A stretch of DNA of 64,000 nucleotides from an uncultured virus (IMG/VR IMGVR_UViG_3300028888_000118) (IMGVR_UViG_3300028888_000118); one strand, 5' to 3'. Positions 11,177-23,699 are shown, counted from the first letter of the stretch. Notes: generated from the sequence alone by a model not told the origin. Numbers and translations are program-made.

Positions 11177-11830
11177 GCGTTTTCTGAAAATATGATACAG
11201 AAAAGTTGCACAAAGAAATTATAAATCCTTGTGCAACTTAACTATATCAAATAAGTTCACTATAGTTTGGAAAGTGGTAAAGATCACCGAGCGTAACATG
11301 CGTATTGTTATCAATGTTTTCAACATACACGTTTTCACACTCAGCATGTAATACAGCGCGTCCTACGTTCTCTGCAAATTCATTGTAAACTTCTTCTGTA
11401 AAAAATTCACTTTCAATAAATATACATGGTGGATTCATTTTATACGCCGTTTTGATAGAGAATGCAATTCCATCTGTATTCAACAAGTAACCAACAATCT
11501 TTTCAATATCATAGGCAGAACATACAATTTTGAACATATTAATCACTCCTTAAAACACGTATATTAAAAGAACATATCATACCTTTTTAATATAGCCACA
11601 TCCGTATCCGGGTGTAGTTGTAACCGAATCACCGTTCTGGTGGTAAAATCCGCCGTTATCCAGTCGAATCCTTCCAGTCTTTGTAATGCGAATAATCTTG
11701 TGCTTTCAAAGATATTCACCGTATGCGTTGTACTCCTGTACAATATCACCAACAGCAAATTCATACTTCATGATCATTTCCTCCTCACCAAACATATCTA
11801 ACCAGTACATCTTACCCATCTCACAAATAT

Positions 11831-11859
11831 AGTATAACATATTTATGAAGAAAAGTCAA
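11831..11859 (-). promoter_or_regulatory. early promoter
   Basis: TTGACT-17-TGtTATACT. Confidence 0.8.
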
Positions 11860-11883
11860 GTGATTTCTGAAAAATGTAATAAA

Positions 11884-11914
11884 AAAATCAGCACAAGATT
11901 ATGTGCTGATTTTT
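11884..11914 (-). terminator. intrinsic terminator
   Basis: aaaatcagcaca/tgtgctgatttt stem with U-tract on the minus strand. Confidence 0.8.
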
Positions 11915-11929
11915 GTACATTGTGACTAA

Positions 11930-12502
11930 TCAATATTCATCATCGTAATTCAAGTATTCATCAAATTCACGTATAATTTCTTTACGGCGATCATCATACT
12001 CTCCATTGAAATCATTGTCAATAGCATCACACCGAATCTCTTCAAGCGTGTCACCATAATCAGTTCTCACATCAGTGATATATTCATAAATATCCTGATA
12101 ACCGATATCATCAACAGTGTACCAATCTTTTTCATCATACTCACGATTCATATTGTCAAGAACTTCTTGCTTTAGCTGATCAAGCGGAATCCCAAGTGCG
12201 TCAGCAATTTCATATTCATTTGTGAAATAATGACTCCAACCAGTTTCATATCTCTGTCTATCTGTCCACAGCACATAATGATCATCGTCAAGCCAACTGT
12301 TTCCGCCTACATTTGTAAAGTCATACAGTTCACCAACCATGTTATCATCTACATAAAGATATACGTCAGTATCATACTGATTTTCATCTTTATCAAACTG
12401 CTTTAATTTGTCAATAATTTCATCGTACAACTCATCAGCATTTCTCAAATCCCAAAAACTTGTAAGTTTTCCATGTGCATCTTCTCTTATCAATTTAACC
12501 AT
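11930..12502 (-). CDS. very acidic protein, candidate virion internal protein
   Basis: Starts MVKLIRE; D/E-rich; distinct leader. Confidence 0.55.
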   Translation of the reverse strand: MVKLIREDAHGKLTSFWDLRNADELYDEIIDKLKQFDKDENQYDTDVYLYVDDNMVGELYDFTNVGGNSWLDDDHYVLWTDRQRYETGWSHYFTNEYEIADALGIPLDQLKQEVLDNMNREYDEKDWYTVDDIGYQDIYEYITDVRTDYGDTLEEIRCDAIDNDFNGEYDDRRKEIIREFDEYLNYDDEY

Positions 12503-13140
12503 ATTAAAACATCCTTTCATGCATTAAATCAAAGTGTGATATACTGCTCACACACATTATAGTTAGAATTTGTTGTTTTTTTAATGATTATTTATAATTT
12601 TCCGAAAAGGTTACGTCCGGTACAATCTGCAAGAAATGTCGCATCGTCACCATCTACAATAAGAGGTCTGCTCCACCCCTCACATGAAACCTTTAGTCTT
12701 CTCTCAGACACACTCAAAACTGAAAAGCTAACAACCTTGTCGGCATTTACATAGAAATCGGCGGACTTAATATCTCCATTACATTCAGTATACACCCCGC
12801 TTATGTGAATAAATTTCATAGCACCAACACCTCATTTCTTATTCTTACGTTTCTTTGCATATTCTTCATATTCCTTATAATTGATATTATACAGCGTAAG
12901 TCTATTATTGTCTACACGCTGATCAAGAAAGCATTCTTCAAATGTAAACTTCGGATTTTGAATACCGAGATCATAAATAAATGAACACATATCTACCATA
13001 GTAACGCCGAGTTTTATATATTTCTTTACATTGAAATAAAATTGTGCGGACGGATGCATTCCCTTTTTCACAAGGCTTTCATACAGTTTAATAAGTTCTT
13101 CCTGAAATGCTTTACAATACTCCATATGAATTCTCCTTTC

Positions 13141-13764
13141 TTACGAATAATGCCATTTACTTACTAGCATTGCAAGTTTTTTCTTACGGTCAAGTTCCTC
13201 TTGAAATACCACATCTACAACACTCTCCCATGTTGAACATCTTGCACAATTGTTAAGATTTTTAGCATTCGTTACCCAAGCGTCTGTGTCAATGTGTCTG
13301 TTCCACGGAGCATCAAATAAAATGAATTTACATCCAAAATTTACATTTGTCAAATTTTTTGGATAATCATCAACAACTACATCTGCCCACAGATTATGTT
13401 TATCTCTCGTAAGAATAAGACTATCATTTACATCAAGATACGGAAAATATCTTTTAATGAAATCTACTCTTGACTTTACAATGCTGTAATCCGCCGCGCT
13501 TACAAATTTAACATTATGTCCGTTATCTACAAGACATTCAATCTGTTCCACAGAATCTTGAATCGGCTCAAGTTCCTCATAGAAATGATCATTCTTGAAG
13601 AATAACTCTTCCAGACATTCAAATGGAATCTTGCTAAGTTGAAGAAAGTCATAGCTTGTAACATCTTCATAGGAAACGGAGTCGTTATAAAGTTTGTTGT
13701 AGGTATCTATAACTTTTCGTGCAAAGTTATTAACTGTATTATCAATATCAATATTAATTATCAT
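13141..13764 (-). CDS. 5'(3')-deoxyribonucleotidase (HAD, NT5C family)
   Basis: IDIDNTV...K...ADVVVDD.PKNL...LFDAPWN. Confidence 0.85.
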   Translation of the reverse strand: MIINIDIDNTVNNFARKVIDTYNKLYNDSVSYEDVTSYDFLQLSKIPFECLEELFFKNDHFYEELEPIQDSVEQIECLVDNGHNVKFVSAADYSIVKSRVDFIKRYFPYLDVNDSLILTRDKHNLWADVVVDDYPKNLTNVNFGCKFILFDAPWNRHIDTDAWVTNAKNLNNCARCSTWESVVDVVFQEELDRKKKLAMLVSKWHYS

Positions 13765-14651
13765 CGTAAATCTATCTCCTGTACCATTGCTTGTTTCGGC
13801 TTAAACTCTTCAAATGTATCTATTGTAAATCCATCTAAGAATTCATCAAAGTAATCAATAACCATATCAACATCCTGCGATATGCACGGATACGGAGATT
13901 GAAACATTCTCTCTTTAGCATCTTTTCCATACATATCACAGACAGATATTGTTATGATACCGCTTAGATATAGTACATTTATGTTAAAATATTTATTATC
14001 AGTAACAACCGCTACACTGATACACCCATGCTTTTCTGATTTACACAGACCACGCTCTCTGAATTCTTTCTCAGATTCAGTAAGACTATCGAGAATGTTT
14101 TCCGGAATCATATTACTACATTCGATCATATGTTTCTTGATACTGTCTAATCTACCACGAACAAACCCGTCATTGTTATTATTCATCAATTTATCCCTCT
14201 CTCTTAAATAGGCGGAATTCCTCTACCGTTCGGAAACTCATTAGGTAAGCGGCTTATAAAATCATAATATGCATATCTAATTGCATGATCACTAGCACCA
14301 CTATTAATGAGTTCAGATTTTATGTTATTCCATTTTTTACTGTTTTTAGAAACTTTCTTATTATACGCATATTTAAGGTATGCAAGTAGTGCTGTATATC
14401 CAACTACCCAAACAATAATAAGTGCTATGCAGAATACTTCAAGCGAATCAATACAGATCACCAGTCATTTCCGCCGCAGTTTCCGCATTCCGGATAATCT
14501 TCTTCATCCATAAACTTATACTTCTCAGCATCATCATACTTCGTAATGCATTCAATAATATACTGTTCAATCACATTATATTCAGGAGTCTTTTTCATAA
14601 TGCACCTCACGTTTCATCAATGATAGTCTTAAAACTCTTTCTTACAAATAT

Positions 14652-14680
14652 AGTATATCATATTTTATAGTGTTTGTCAA
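14652..14680 (-). promoter_or_regulatory. early promoter (terminator aaaagcggca/tgccgctttt at ~14709-14736)
   Basis: TTGACA-17-TGaTATACT. Confidence 0.85.
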
Positions 14681-14740
14681 TAGGTTTTTGAAATATTTAT
14701 TATTAAACAAAAAGCGGCATTGATACTGCCGCTTTTAATG

Positions 14741-15928
14741 TTATACAATTTTGTACTGAACAGTTTGGTATGTACTTCCTCCAACCTTATTGCGGAATAC
14801 TACCTTACAAGTTCTATATGTATTAGGTGCATCAACTGTACTAGGATCAAATTCTTCAATTATGAAATCAACATCTCGTGTGACTGATTCTGTTCCATCG
14901 TCATTAGTAGTTGTCATTGTAGCTGTAATATATGATCTTAGTTCTGCAAGTGCAGAGTTATAAGTCTGCGGTGTATAGGTTGTTGCAGAACTTCCTGATT
15001 CTAGCTGAACACTGTTGAACGTACTCTCACTAACATCTGACTGTCCGTCACCATAAGATAACGCAAACTTAATATAACAATCATGTGGTACAGTAAATGT
15101 AAACGGAATATTCTGCCATGTTCCGAAACTTATTTCTTTAAGTAATTGTAATTGATTATCATAGATGTATACTAGACATATACATGATCCTAGTGATGAT
15201 TGTGCTGATAGCGTGTATGTTCCGGAGGATAATTTTACAAATTGTTGTGATAAAGATGCATGACTATTAGCTGATACTTCACCATTATCACAATTGATAA
15301 AATATCCAGTGATCAAATCACCATCAGTAAGATTTTTGGTAACATCAACTTCTATAGGCTGTTCTGTGCTGACAGATACATTAAACGTATAAGGATAATA
15401 GCTTATGTTTATATCATCCGCAATAAATGTTGTATTATACATTTTACTATCAATTGGTATTTTTAGATTCTGTATTCCTGATTTGTAGAACGTGTGCATT
15501 CCAAATTCATTAACTATTATTGGAATATTAACTGTTGTTAGATTCTCTGTATATGCGAATGTGCCACTTGCCGTTGTTCCACATCTAGGATGCACAATAC
15601 CTGCTAAAAAGTCGCTGTCTGTATTCCACATCATATATATTTTATTGAGATCATATGGAATTGAATATGTTGACGGGTATGGATACCCGTACATTTTTTG
15701 TTGTGTGCTATCAAGTTTCCAGATACCGTATATGTAATCTAAATCCCATGATTCTACACTCATTGCATATGTTGGTACAGCATATCCATCTAGTACATCA
15801 GGATCGGATGAAAAAATAACATAATAATTATTAAGATTCCATGCATACTCAGAACACGCTTCTGGAATTGGAAAACCGTCTAATATGTTTGAATCGGATT
15901 TCCAACCACCCCTTGTCCAATCACTCAT
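14741..15928 (-). CDS. probable virion/tail-associated protein with BspA-type LRR fragment and carbohydrate-binding-like module
   Basis: FAYTENLTTVNIP..V..FG..TFYKSGI..LKIP; KNL...GTYTLS...VQLE.GS.AT.Y.P. Confidence 0.5.
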   Translation of the reverse strand: MSDWTRGGWKSDSNILDGFPIPEACSEYAWNLNNYYVIFSSDPDVLDGYAVPTYAMSVESWDLDYIYGIWKLDSTQQKMYGYPYPSTYSIPYDLNKIYMMWNTDSDFLAGIVHPRCGTTASGTFAYTENLTTVNIPIIVNEFGMHTFYKSGIQNLKIPIDSKMYNTTFIADDINISYYPYTFNVSVSTEQPIEVDVTKNLTDGDLITGYFINCDNGEVSANSHASLSQQFVKLSSGTYTLSAQSSLGSCICLVYIYDNQLQLLKEISFGTWQNIPFTFTVPHDCYIKFALSYGDGQSDVSESTFNSVQLESGSSATTYTPQTYNSALAELRSYITATMTTTNDDGTESVTRDVDFIIEEFDPSTVDAPNTYRTCKVVFRNKVGGSTYQTVQYKIV

Positions 15929-15945
15929 ATAATATCACCACGCAA

Positions 15946-17088
15946 TCATGGTATGAATCCACATTCAACTAATTTATTAACATCTTTAAGATCATCAGGT
16001 GTATATGCTCCTACATCACCACTTGCAAAATCTGTAATTGTAGAATCGTAATACTTACCCCATAGTGACGAATCTAATGTATTTCCATCTAAATCAGTAA
16101 CAGCGACAACACTTGATGGCGATAGACAAGTAAACACAATTTTGATTGAAAGTCCTACTGTTCTACTAATTTTCGCAATTATGACATTTCCAGATACACC
16201 GGAAGCAGGTTGTCCAAACAATGTACAAAATAATCCATTGAAGTTCTCATAACCCGTACCTCCACTGTCTTTATACTCATTAAATACAAGTTTATTAAAG
16301 TAGAAAGTTGAATCTGAACAATCAGGCATTTCCAAACATCCACCACATTTAAGAGAGGTAACTACAACACAACATCTATGCATATTGCTGAATGGCGACC
16401 ATGATCCAGTTGTATTGTTTGATGATTGGTTATCAGATACGAGATAAGAACCATTTGGCTGTTGAAAAGTTAAATACACTGAACAATCATCATATTGTAC
16501 AGACTTGAACGCCGAACCTGCTATTGCAAAATAATTTGTACGTAATTTTACAATTCCGCTAAATGCACAATTTGAAAAATTCTGTGAAGTAGCATACCCT
16601 TCAGCACCTTTAACTCCAAACAGTCTGAGGTATCCGTCACTCGCTGATCCAGAATAACCATAATTACTAACTAAGAAATTAACAAATTTAATTCCATGTA
16701 TATTTATTTCTTCATAATCATAGGTATTGCTTGAACTATTGTAATGATTTTGAAATCCAAACATACATGATTTATGAAATGCATCTGCTTCGTTTGTTTT
16801 GAATATTAGTCCTGAAACGCCGTACTGTGGAAGTCCGTTAGCATCTAAATCCGCTGTAAGGGAGATACACTTAAAATCAATAGGCTCTGTAAATCCCGTT
16901 TTATATACTGGATGTGTTGAAAAATCTATCATAGAGGTTAATTTAACATATTTGCCTACTTCTGCAATAGCATTTAGAAATCCCTGACATTTTTCTTCAT
17001 TCGTACCAGTAGGGATGTACGGGTCATATCTATCCGGATGGTCAGCATCAGGACCTAATCCTGAACCGGTGCAATACGGAATAGCCAT
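15946..17088 (-). CDS. probable virion/receptor-binding protein (beta-rich)
   Basis: GSG....DPY.P N-terminus, beta-helix-like composition, LVECGF C-terminus. Confidence 0.45.
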   Translation of the reverse strand: MAIPYCTGSGLGPDADHPDRYDPYIPTGTNEEKCQGFLNAIAEVGKYVKLTSMIDFSTHPVYKTGFTEPIDFKCISLTADLDANGLPQYGVSGLIFKTNEADAFHKSCMFGFQNHYNSSSNTYDYEEINIHGIKFVNFLVSNYGYSGSASDGYLRLFGVKGAEGYATSQNFSNCAFSGIVKLRTNYFAIAGSAFKSVQYDDCSVYLTFQQPNGSYLVSDNQSSNNTTGSWSPFSNMHRCCVVVTSLKCGGCLEMPDCSDSTFYFNKLVFNEYKDSGGTGYENFNGLFCTLFGQPASGVSGNVIIAKISRTVGLSIKIVFTCLSPSSVVAVTDLDGNTLDSSLWGKYYDSTITDFASGDVGAYTPDDLKDVNKLVECGFIP

Positions 17089-17855
17089 AACTATCAACTC
17101 CTTAAAAATAAAGAATACATAAATAATGTATTCTTTTTATATTTGCGTAAATAGCTTTTATTTTATTTTCAGTAAAAACAGATTGTTTGCTTATAGCAAA
17201 ATCCTAATGTTGGTATTTTATAATATTTTAACGATTCTATTAGATTATCATCAGATGATTTACTGAAATACTCCGGCTCATATGAATCTACAATTACAAA
17301 TATATCTTTTTTAGGAAGTATGAACAAATCAGTCGGTTTTTGTATCTTACACTCAGCATTAAAATGTGTAACTTCACTATTAGATACAACATAAACATTT
17401 TTCTGATATTCGATCTGCAACTGTAACGCGATATCATTAAGAAAATCGGTTGTCTTTTCGCTATGCATAACATCTTGATATTTGTAAACATCTTCCAATA
17501 ACATAAAATCAAAATACATATTATCTATTAGATAATTTGCTACAGTTTTGAATAGATCAAATGTCATCCACATCATCTTCTTTCAAAATAGCATTGCTAA
17601 TAACGTCATAAATGCTGTTTCCACGCACTGTATGCCCTGTCTCATTAATCGTTGCACACCACATACCATCATCATATATACGCCAATCAGATAGCGTTAT
17701 ATTGCGTTCTGATAGCTGTTTTTCAATAAGTCCATTTGCAAATTCGTCAAAATTAACTTCTCTATACCCCTTATCTGTTGGAGTGAAGTGCATCTGAGAT
17801 GCAAAGAAATTCTTGATTATATTTTCTCTTACATGACTTTTCATTTATTATCACC

Positions 17856-18065
17856 TCAATCACTTGTTGCTTCGGTATACTCGTATGCATACTCTTTACA
17901 ACACGGGCATTCTGCATAGACTCCATCAAATTGATCACTCTTATAATACTTGTTAGTTGCATCAAATTCACAAGTACAGTGATAGCACTTAAACCGTTTA
18001 ATATTTAATTTTTTACGTTTATATAATTCCAAGTCTCCATTTTTAATGATCTTAACATCTTCCAT
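17856..18065 (-). CDS. small Zn-finger protein (paralogue of 26840 and 55026)
   Basis: KIIKNG...FKCYHCTCEF.A....CPCC. Confidence 0.6.
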   Translation of the reverse strand: MEDVKIIKNGDLELYKRKKLNIKRFKCYHCTCEFDATNKYYKSDQFDGVYAECPCCKEYAYEYTEATSD

Positions 18066-18104
18066 AATTTACACCTCACGTATTGTCATGATATTTATAT
18101 TTAT

Positions 18105-18133
18105 AGTATATCACATTTCTTATTAAAAGTCAA
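18105..18133 (-). promoter_or_regulatory. early promoter (terminator at ~18151-18187)
   Basis: TTGACT-17-TGaTATACT. Confidence 0.8.
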
Positions 18134-18203
18134 GTAGTTTTAGAAAAAAAAATAACAGCGGATGATTAAATATCACCCGCTGTTTTATAATTAATTAAAC
18201 ACA

Positions 18204-18683
18204 TCAATCAAAATAAAATTCTCCGTCATCATTATATCCGAGAACACCATGATTGATAAGGTACTCACCGATAGAATCATACATACCAGAACCAAGAGTT
18301 GTTTCATATACTCCGCGCATATCTGCGGTTGCAGGTCTGTTCCGTGCATCAACTACAGCCTGTACAATTTCATTGTCACTTGAAATATCATAAACATCCC
18401 AATTATATAGATCGCCGTTGTAGATATCCACACGGATTTTAGCAACAATGTCACCGTAATTGTCTGTAGAGATTACATCAGTTTCAAGCCAAACCTTTCC
18501 ATTGAATTCATCTTCTTTTTCAACATCAGTCACAGAAAGTTCGTGTGATCCGATCATATCAAGATATGATTCAATTTCATTTACACAATCATAAAGTGTT
18601 TTCTTATCATAATCTTCAAAACGCTCTCTCAACTTTCTGCTGATTCTCTTATTTCTGTTATTCTCATAAATTCTTTTTACCAT
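18204..18683 (-). CDS. acidic protein with basic N-terminal leader, candidate internal virion protein
   Basis: MVKRIYE...RKLRE then acidic body. Confidence 0.55.
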   Translation of the reverse strand: MVKRIYENNRNKRISRKLRERFEDYDKKTLYDCVNEIESYLDMIGSHELSVTDVEKEDEFNGKVWLETDVISTDNYGDIVAKIRVDIYNGDLYNWDVYDISSDNEIVQAVVDARNRPATADMRGVYETTLGSGMYDSIGEYLINHGVLGYNDDGEFYFD

Positions 18684-19854
18684 ATAAAACAATCCTTTCC
18701 ACACTAAATAAATAAATCAAAGTTAATAGATCGCACATCGGTACGATCTATTATTTAATGTAAATCATACGTTTTTTTTTGGATGTTTCCTATTATTATT
18801 TATATATCAGGTTATCATCGCCAAACATTCATAATTTCTTCAGGAATAAGACCGTTGTTACACTCTTCAAAAGTTTCTGCATCAACAGCAGAGCTAAGGT
18901 CAATAGCGAAACTTCCGGAGTAAGATTCATCATAAAGTGCGAACCAATTTTCCTTATTAACGACTTTGCTAACCAGAATTGCATCTTCCATAGTAAGTTT
19001 TACATATCCGTTACTTGTTGCTTCACCAGATGTGAAAACATTAAACCAGAATTTCTTTGAACTGTCAACATCACTAACAGTAATCTCTGCAACACCATCA
19101 GAATATTCAATATTTGTAACTGTGCGATAGCGATATTCACAAGGAATATCTGCAAACGCTCCTTCCCAAATAACCATATTCACAGATGGTTCAACGATCT
19201 TAACATAATCAAAAACTCCGAAATCCTTTACAAGTTTCATCATTTAACATACTCCTTTCAGATAACTTCAAAGTGGATATGCTCGAAAATTGTTTCTGTT
19301 CCTTTGCTATAATCTCCGGTCAACACAGATTCAAATGCAATGTGGTCAATTCCTGCGCGACATGTTTTTCCGTTAAATGTGTGGTTCAGAACTGCTTTTG
19401 TGATATAGTCCGGATTCTGCTTTTTCAGTTCTTCAAAGCGTTTCTTCTCAATATAAATCATGTTCTCGTACCTCCTAACCAGTTTTTATAACGGTTTAAT
19501 ATTTTTCCTGATCAACAACTGCTTGAAGAATGCTGTATCCTCTAAACCTTCTCTCAATCTGCTTGCCATTCTTATGTACAGGGTACGTGATCCCACCACG
19601 CTTTCCAACAAAAAGGTGCGCCTTATCACGACAAAGAAGTTCAGCTAAAGTTCCCTCATCATTTTTAAGTCCATACACAACATACACAGAAACAAAAGTT
19701 TCATGTTCCTTGATTTCCAACATCTTAATTTCCTGACTGTCACGAAGGTTTGTTTCAACAAGTTTTCTTATTCTCTCAATTGCCTTTTCCTGAGATTTAG
19801 TCATCGTAATCATCCTTTCCGGTCACTCTGTATCACCCATCTCCTTACAAACAT

Positions 19855-19883
19855 AGTATAACATATTTATAGGAAAATGTCAA
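19855..19883 (-). promoter_or_regulatory. early promoter (hairpin at ~19922-19966)
   Basis: TTGACA-17-TGtTATACT. Confidence 0.85.
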
Positions 19884-20506
19884 GTAGTTTCCAGAAAATT
19901 TATTGAAATGATACGTAAAACAAATCGGGTAAAATCACACTGTTTTTGTGCAACATTACCCGATTTATATTAAGGTCTTAGAAGTGTTTTAACCACTTCA
20001 AACCCTCGATCATGTAGAGTTTCACCGACTTTCAGTGACTTGATGTCCTGATTCTCCCACCACTCTTTATTTGATTTAGTGTTTTCATATGTACGTTCTC
20101 CGGCTAGATTATCATAATCTTTTAGAACTTCAAGAGCGTCATCAAAATGTTTAAGAATTGTTCGCTTAGTATTACACGCTGACGTAAACACATCGACTAA
20201 CTCATAATCATTTTCCAAGATTTTGTAAAGTATATAAATTTCCATTCGATGTATCACACCTTTTCAGCATAGTTAGATTCTGTTTCATCTTCATTGAGCC
20301 ATTTCTGTAAACATTCTTTACATGTCATTATTACATCTGATTGGCATACAATGTTTTTTCCAGTAATTGCATCTATTACGCACTGACCGTTATCATGTGC
20401 TTCACTTAAATATTCTTGAAACCTTAACAGGTAGTCATATGGATTTGCATTGATAATATATCTTAAAGAATTTCTCATTTATTCACACCTCACTATCTAT
20501 GATAAT

Positions 20507-21442
20507 TCAATGTGCAGATTGGTCTGCCTTGTGAAGCCATTCAAGCGCAGTCCAAGTTGTATCACTGTAAAGCGCTTTCATTCGTTCCTGATACTTAGCA
20601 TCCTGATAAAAGATCATGTGAAGATTGATCAGAAGTGCAATGATAAGATTATTTCTTCCAGTATCGTCAGCAAGAAAGTCATATGCTCCTACATTTTCAT
20701 GATTGTAGAAATGTGCAACTTCTGAATCTTCTCCCTTTGCATTTTTGAAAACCTTGCAAAACGGCTTTCCAATATCATGAAACACTGCGGCACGTTCAAG
20801 AATAATAAACCATCTATCAGATAATGATTGTCTAATCTCATCAGCGTGTTCAATAATATAATTCATTGCGGCATAGCAATGATCACCTACTGTCATAGTG
20901 TGGTGCGGATTATCCTGTGAAATATTCTCGGATTCATAAAGTTTTGTGTAGAGTTGTGAACCTGTAGTAGTGTCATAATTATGTTCAACAAACACAGCAC
21001 CGAATCCCTCTGCTGTAGACGGTACATTAAACTGACGGTACATCCGATTCATAGCTTCTTCAGGAACTACTCTATCTCTAGCAGAATTACGTTCAAGACA
21101 AATGCTGAAAGGTGCAATTACCACAGTTGCATAAATTTGAAGATCATCAACATCTTTAAGAGAATTTCTAAATTCCTTAATCAAATTCATTCTACGCTTT
21201 CTGCTGACATTAGTAGCGTTATAATAGATCATATTCTTACCGTCACGGACAGCCGCACACGTTCTCTTGAACATCTGCTCAAATACATGCGCTGGATTAT
21301 CCTGACATTCCGCAGAGCCGTAAAGTTCTTCACGGATATCATCAGAAGAAATAATAACATCTGTTTCAGGATTTGCTTTGCTTTTTGCATAGTAATCCTT
21401 ACCCGATCCGGGAAGCCCTACAAGAACATTAATAATACTCAT
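20507..21442 (-). CDS. polynucleotide kinase (AAA_33) fused to an HD phosphoesterase
   Basis: GLPGSGK, SSDDIR, R.R.VPE; QDNPHH..TV.DH, FHDIGKP, HENVGA, LH.AD. Confidence 0.85.
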   Translation of the reverse strand: MSIINVLVGLPGSGKDYYAKSKANPETDVIISSDDIREELYGSAECQDNPAHVFEQMFKRTCAAVRDGKNMIYYNATNVSRKRRMNLIKEFRNSLKDVDDLQIYATVVIAPFSICLERNSARDRVVPEEAMNRMYRQFNVPSTAEGFGAVFVEHNYDTTTGSQLYTKLYESENISQDNPHHTMTVGDHCYAAMNYIIEHADEIRQSLSDRWFIILERAAVFHDIGKPFCKVFKNAKGEDSEVAHFYNHENVGAYDFLADDTGRNNLIIALLINLHMIFYQDAKYQERMKALYSDTTWTALEWLHKADQSAH

Positions 21443-21913
21443 ATACTAAAATCACTCCATAATCCAATTTTCATCATTAAGAATCTGAATAAACTCTTTA
21501 ACAGTTATATTTGAAAAATCTCTATTGAACAGTGAAACAACATCAATGAAATTCGCTCCGTTATCATCATAATCTGCGCGATATCCTGTAGTATCATACT
21601 CATACGATTTACTGAATTTATATACAGTTTTCTCATATGTGGAATTTACACATTTGTAAATTTTAATACACAACTCATGAATAGTTTCAAGTCCGGCAGT
21701 GCAAGTGTTGCACGGCTTTAATGTAAAATAATCAGTATGAATCTCTGTAATTTTTCCGTCTTTGAGTTTAATAATGTTCATGATCTACTCCTATAAAAAT
21801 TATTCAATCCATTCCCACTCCGGTTCTGGAATATAATCAGAACATTTATATTTATCAAATGGAAATGGGGTAAATGATGGATAGTTACTAAAAACATAAT
21901 AAAATATCTATGT

Positions 21914-23134
21914 TTAGAGTTTTACGGTAAAGACCGATGGCGTACTACACACCTCTACACAGTCTGAGAATATTTCCTCATTCCATGCTTCTTGTTTTGT
22001 TAGGTATTTTCTAAGTATATTCAGAGAACCGTTTATGTCAGCATTTATGTTTCCGAATTTCTTAGATTTATACATCCCACGACTTTCTCTATATCCAGAT
22101 GGACTAAACAAGTCATCGTCAATAGAATATGTTGGAATATAATCTTGATCTAAGAAACTGCACTTTGATGTATATGATTCTTCTTGAATGATAACTTTAA
22201 TACCAACTAACGCGCATTTGTATTGTAGCATACTAATAAACATATTAAACGGAATTTGAACAAAGTTCTGCGTAGTGTCTTTTCTCATATGCGTGTCTTG
22301 TTTCCAACCATTGCTGTGTCCGATAACTAATGTATCGACACGGTTTTCAACTAATTGATTCACAACATAAGTTGAGGACTTGTGCATATAGTCTTTTATC
22401 TTATTATTCCGTTTTCTGTTTATTGCGTACATTCTGTTTGTCCATCTTTGATGTCGTGACATATTATTCGCAATTGTTTTATTGTAATACTGGTTTATAG
22501 ATTTTAGCGGTCTACCATTTATTATAATTGGTCTGAAAACATTTGATGTAACGGAAGCTAGGTTATTAACGCCAATATCAATAGAAGCAAATCGTTCATT
22601 CCTCTGTGATTCAGAAAATTCACTACGCTCATACCCAAGTTCTACTACAATATAATTCTTACGAGGAACTATTCTTGCAAAAGAGACACGTTCAACCTTT
22701 GTTTTTATTTTGAAACTAACACCAGATAACTTAATGTATCCTTTTTCAACATTTCTATTATTTTGTGATATTGCCTGATCTGTATATGTTAAGACTTGTC
22801 TGCCGTATGTTTTGTCAAGGTAATCTGGTATGTTTATTCGTTCTCCACTCTTCTTAACTTTAAGATGTGCGAAGAATGATTTGAAATTATGATCTACAAG
22901 TTTTTGTACTTGTTGTGCAACTTTTCTAGGCAATGCTTGATAATCGTTTGGAAACAAATCATTGGACATCTTATTTATATCAGTATATTTAAGGTATTCT
23001 TTTGTATCAAAGTAATGCTTCCTAACATGATACAGAGTTACATTATATAAGTTCTTTGCTAGAAAACATAGATTATCAAGTTCTTTATAATATTTAGAGT
23101 TCTTTGAATATTGATGCTGTTCAACCAGAATCAT
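21914..23134 (-). CDS. tnpB: TnpB RNA-guided endonuclease (RuvC)
   Basis: AKNLYN, SIDIGVNN, YMHK.S, VIG...GWKQ, EESYTSKC, NADINGSLNI. Confidence 0.92.
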   Translation of the reverse strand: MILVEQHQYSKNSKYYKELDNLCFLAKNLYNVTLYHVRKHYFDTKEYLKYTDINKMSNDLFPNDYQALPRKVAQQVQKLVDHNFKSFFAHLKVKKSGERINIPDYLDKTYGRQVLTYTDQAISQNNRNVEKGYIKLSGVSFKIKTKVERVSFARIVPRKNYIVVELGYERSEFSESQRNERFASIDIGVNNLASVTSNVFRPIIINGRPLKSINQYYNKTIANNMSRHQRWTNRMYAINRKRNNKIKDYMHKSSTYVVNQLVENRVDTLVIGHSNGWKQDTHMRKDTTQNFVQIPFNMFISMLQYKCALVGIKVIIQEESYTSKCSFLDQDYIPTYSIDDDLFSPSGYRESRGMYKSKKFGNINADINGSLNILRKYLTKQEAWNEEIFSDCVEVCSTPSVFTVKL

Positions 23135-23699
23135 CTATCTCACCTTCTTCCAATGCATGAATTATTTGCTCTGTTTTTCGTTTAGTTCTTCGTTTACCAT
23201 AAATTCTAGCACAAAAACTTGTAACAAGTGAAACAAAGTCCTCAAATAAATCCTGATCTGTTTCACATTCATTTACAACTACAATGTCACAATCATCTAA
23301 TAGTAGTTTAATGTAATTGAATCCAAATCTTGTGAGTCTGTCTTTGTATTCAATAACAAGTCTTGTTGCTTTTCTCTCAGTTAATATTTTTGAGAGTTTA
23401 GGTCTGTTATCGTTCAATCCACTAGCACATTCCTTAACAACCTCATTCACTACCCATCCTTTAGCAGTACAGTATTTAGATAGTCTTTCAGCTTGCGTTT
23501 CAAGGTTTGAACGATTCTCAGAAGAACTGACACGAGCATATACAACTGTATATTCTGGTTTTGTAGATTCCTTAATCTCATCAACAACTACAGTTCCACT
23601 AGGTAACTGACGAGCATTTGGAATCAAACCTTCCTTAAAATGATGCCAAGCAGTTTGATAGGATATGGAATTTCTACGAGCATATTCACTAAGTTTCAT
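23121..23699 (-). CDS. tnpA: IS607 transposase (MerR-like HTH + serine recombinase)
   Basis: YARVSS, ASGLND.RP, YKDRLTRFGF, SFCARIYGKR. Confidence 0.95.
   Translation of the reverse strand: MKLSEYARRNSISYQTAWHHFKEGLIPNARQLPSGTVVVDEIKESTKPEYTVVYARVSSSENRSNLETQAERLSKYCTAKGWVVNEVVKECASGLNDNRPKLSKILTERKATRLVIEYKDRLTRFGFNYIKLLLDDCDIVVVNECETDQDLFEDFVSLVTSFCARIYGKRRTKRKTEQIIHALEEGEIDDSG

Noticed and set aside
12585..18806. T4-type TATAAATA late promoter upstream of the 11930 and 18204 genes
   Set aside because: It occurs at only two of the leaders and is likely by chance in AT-rich DNA; the A-tract/ACATTA motif is more consistent.
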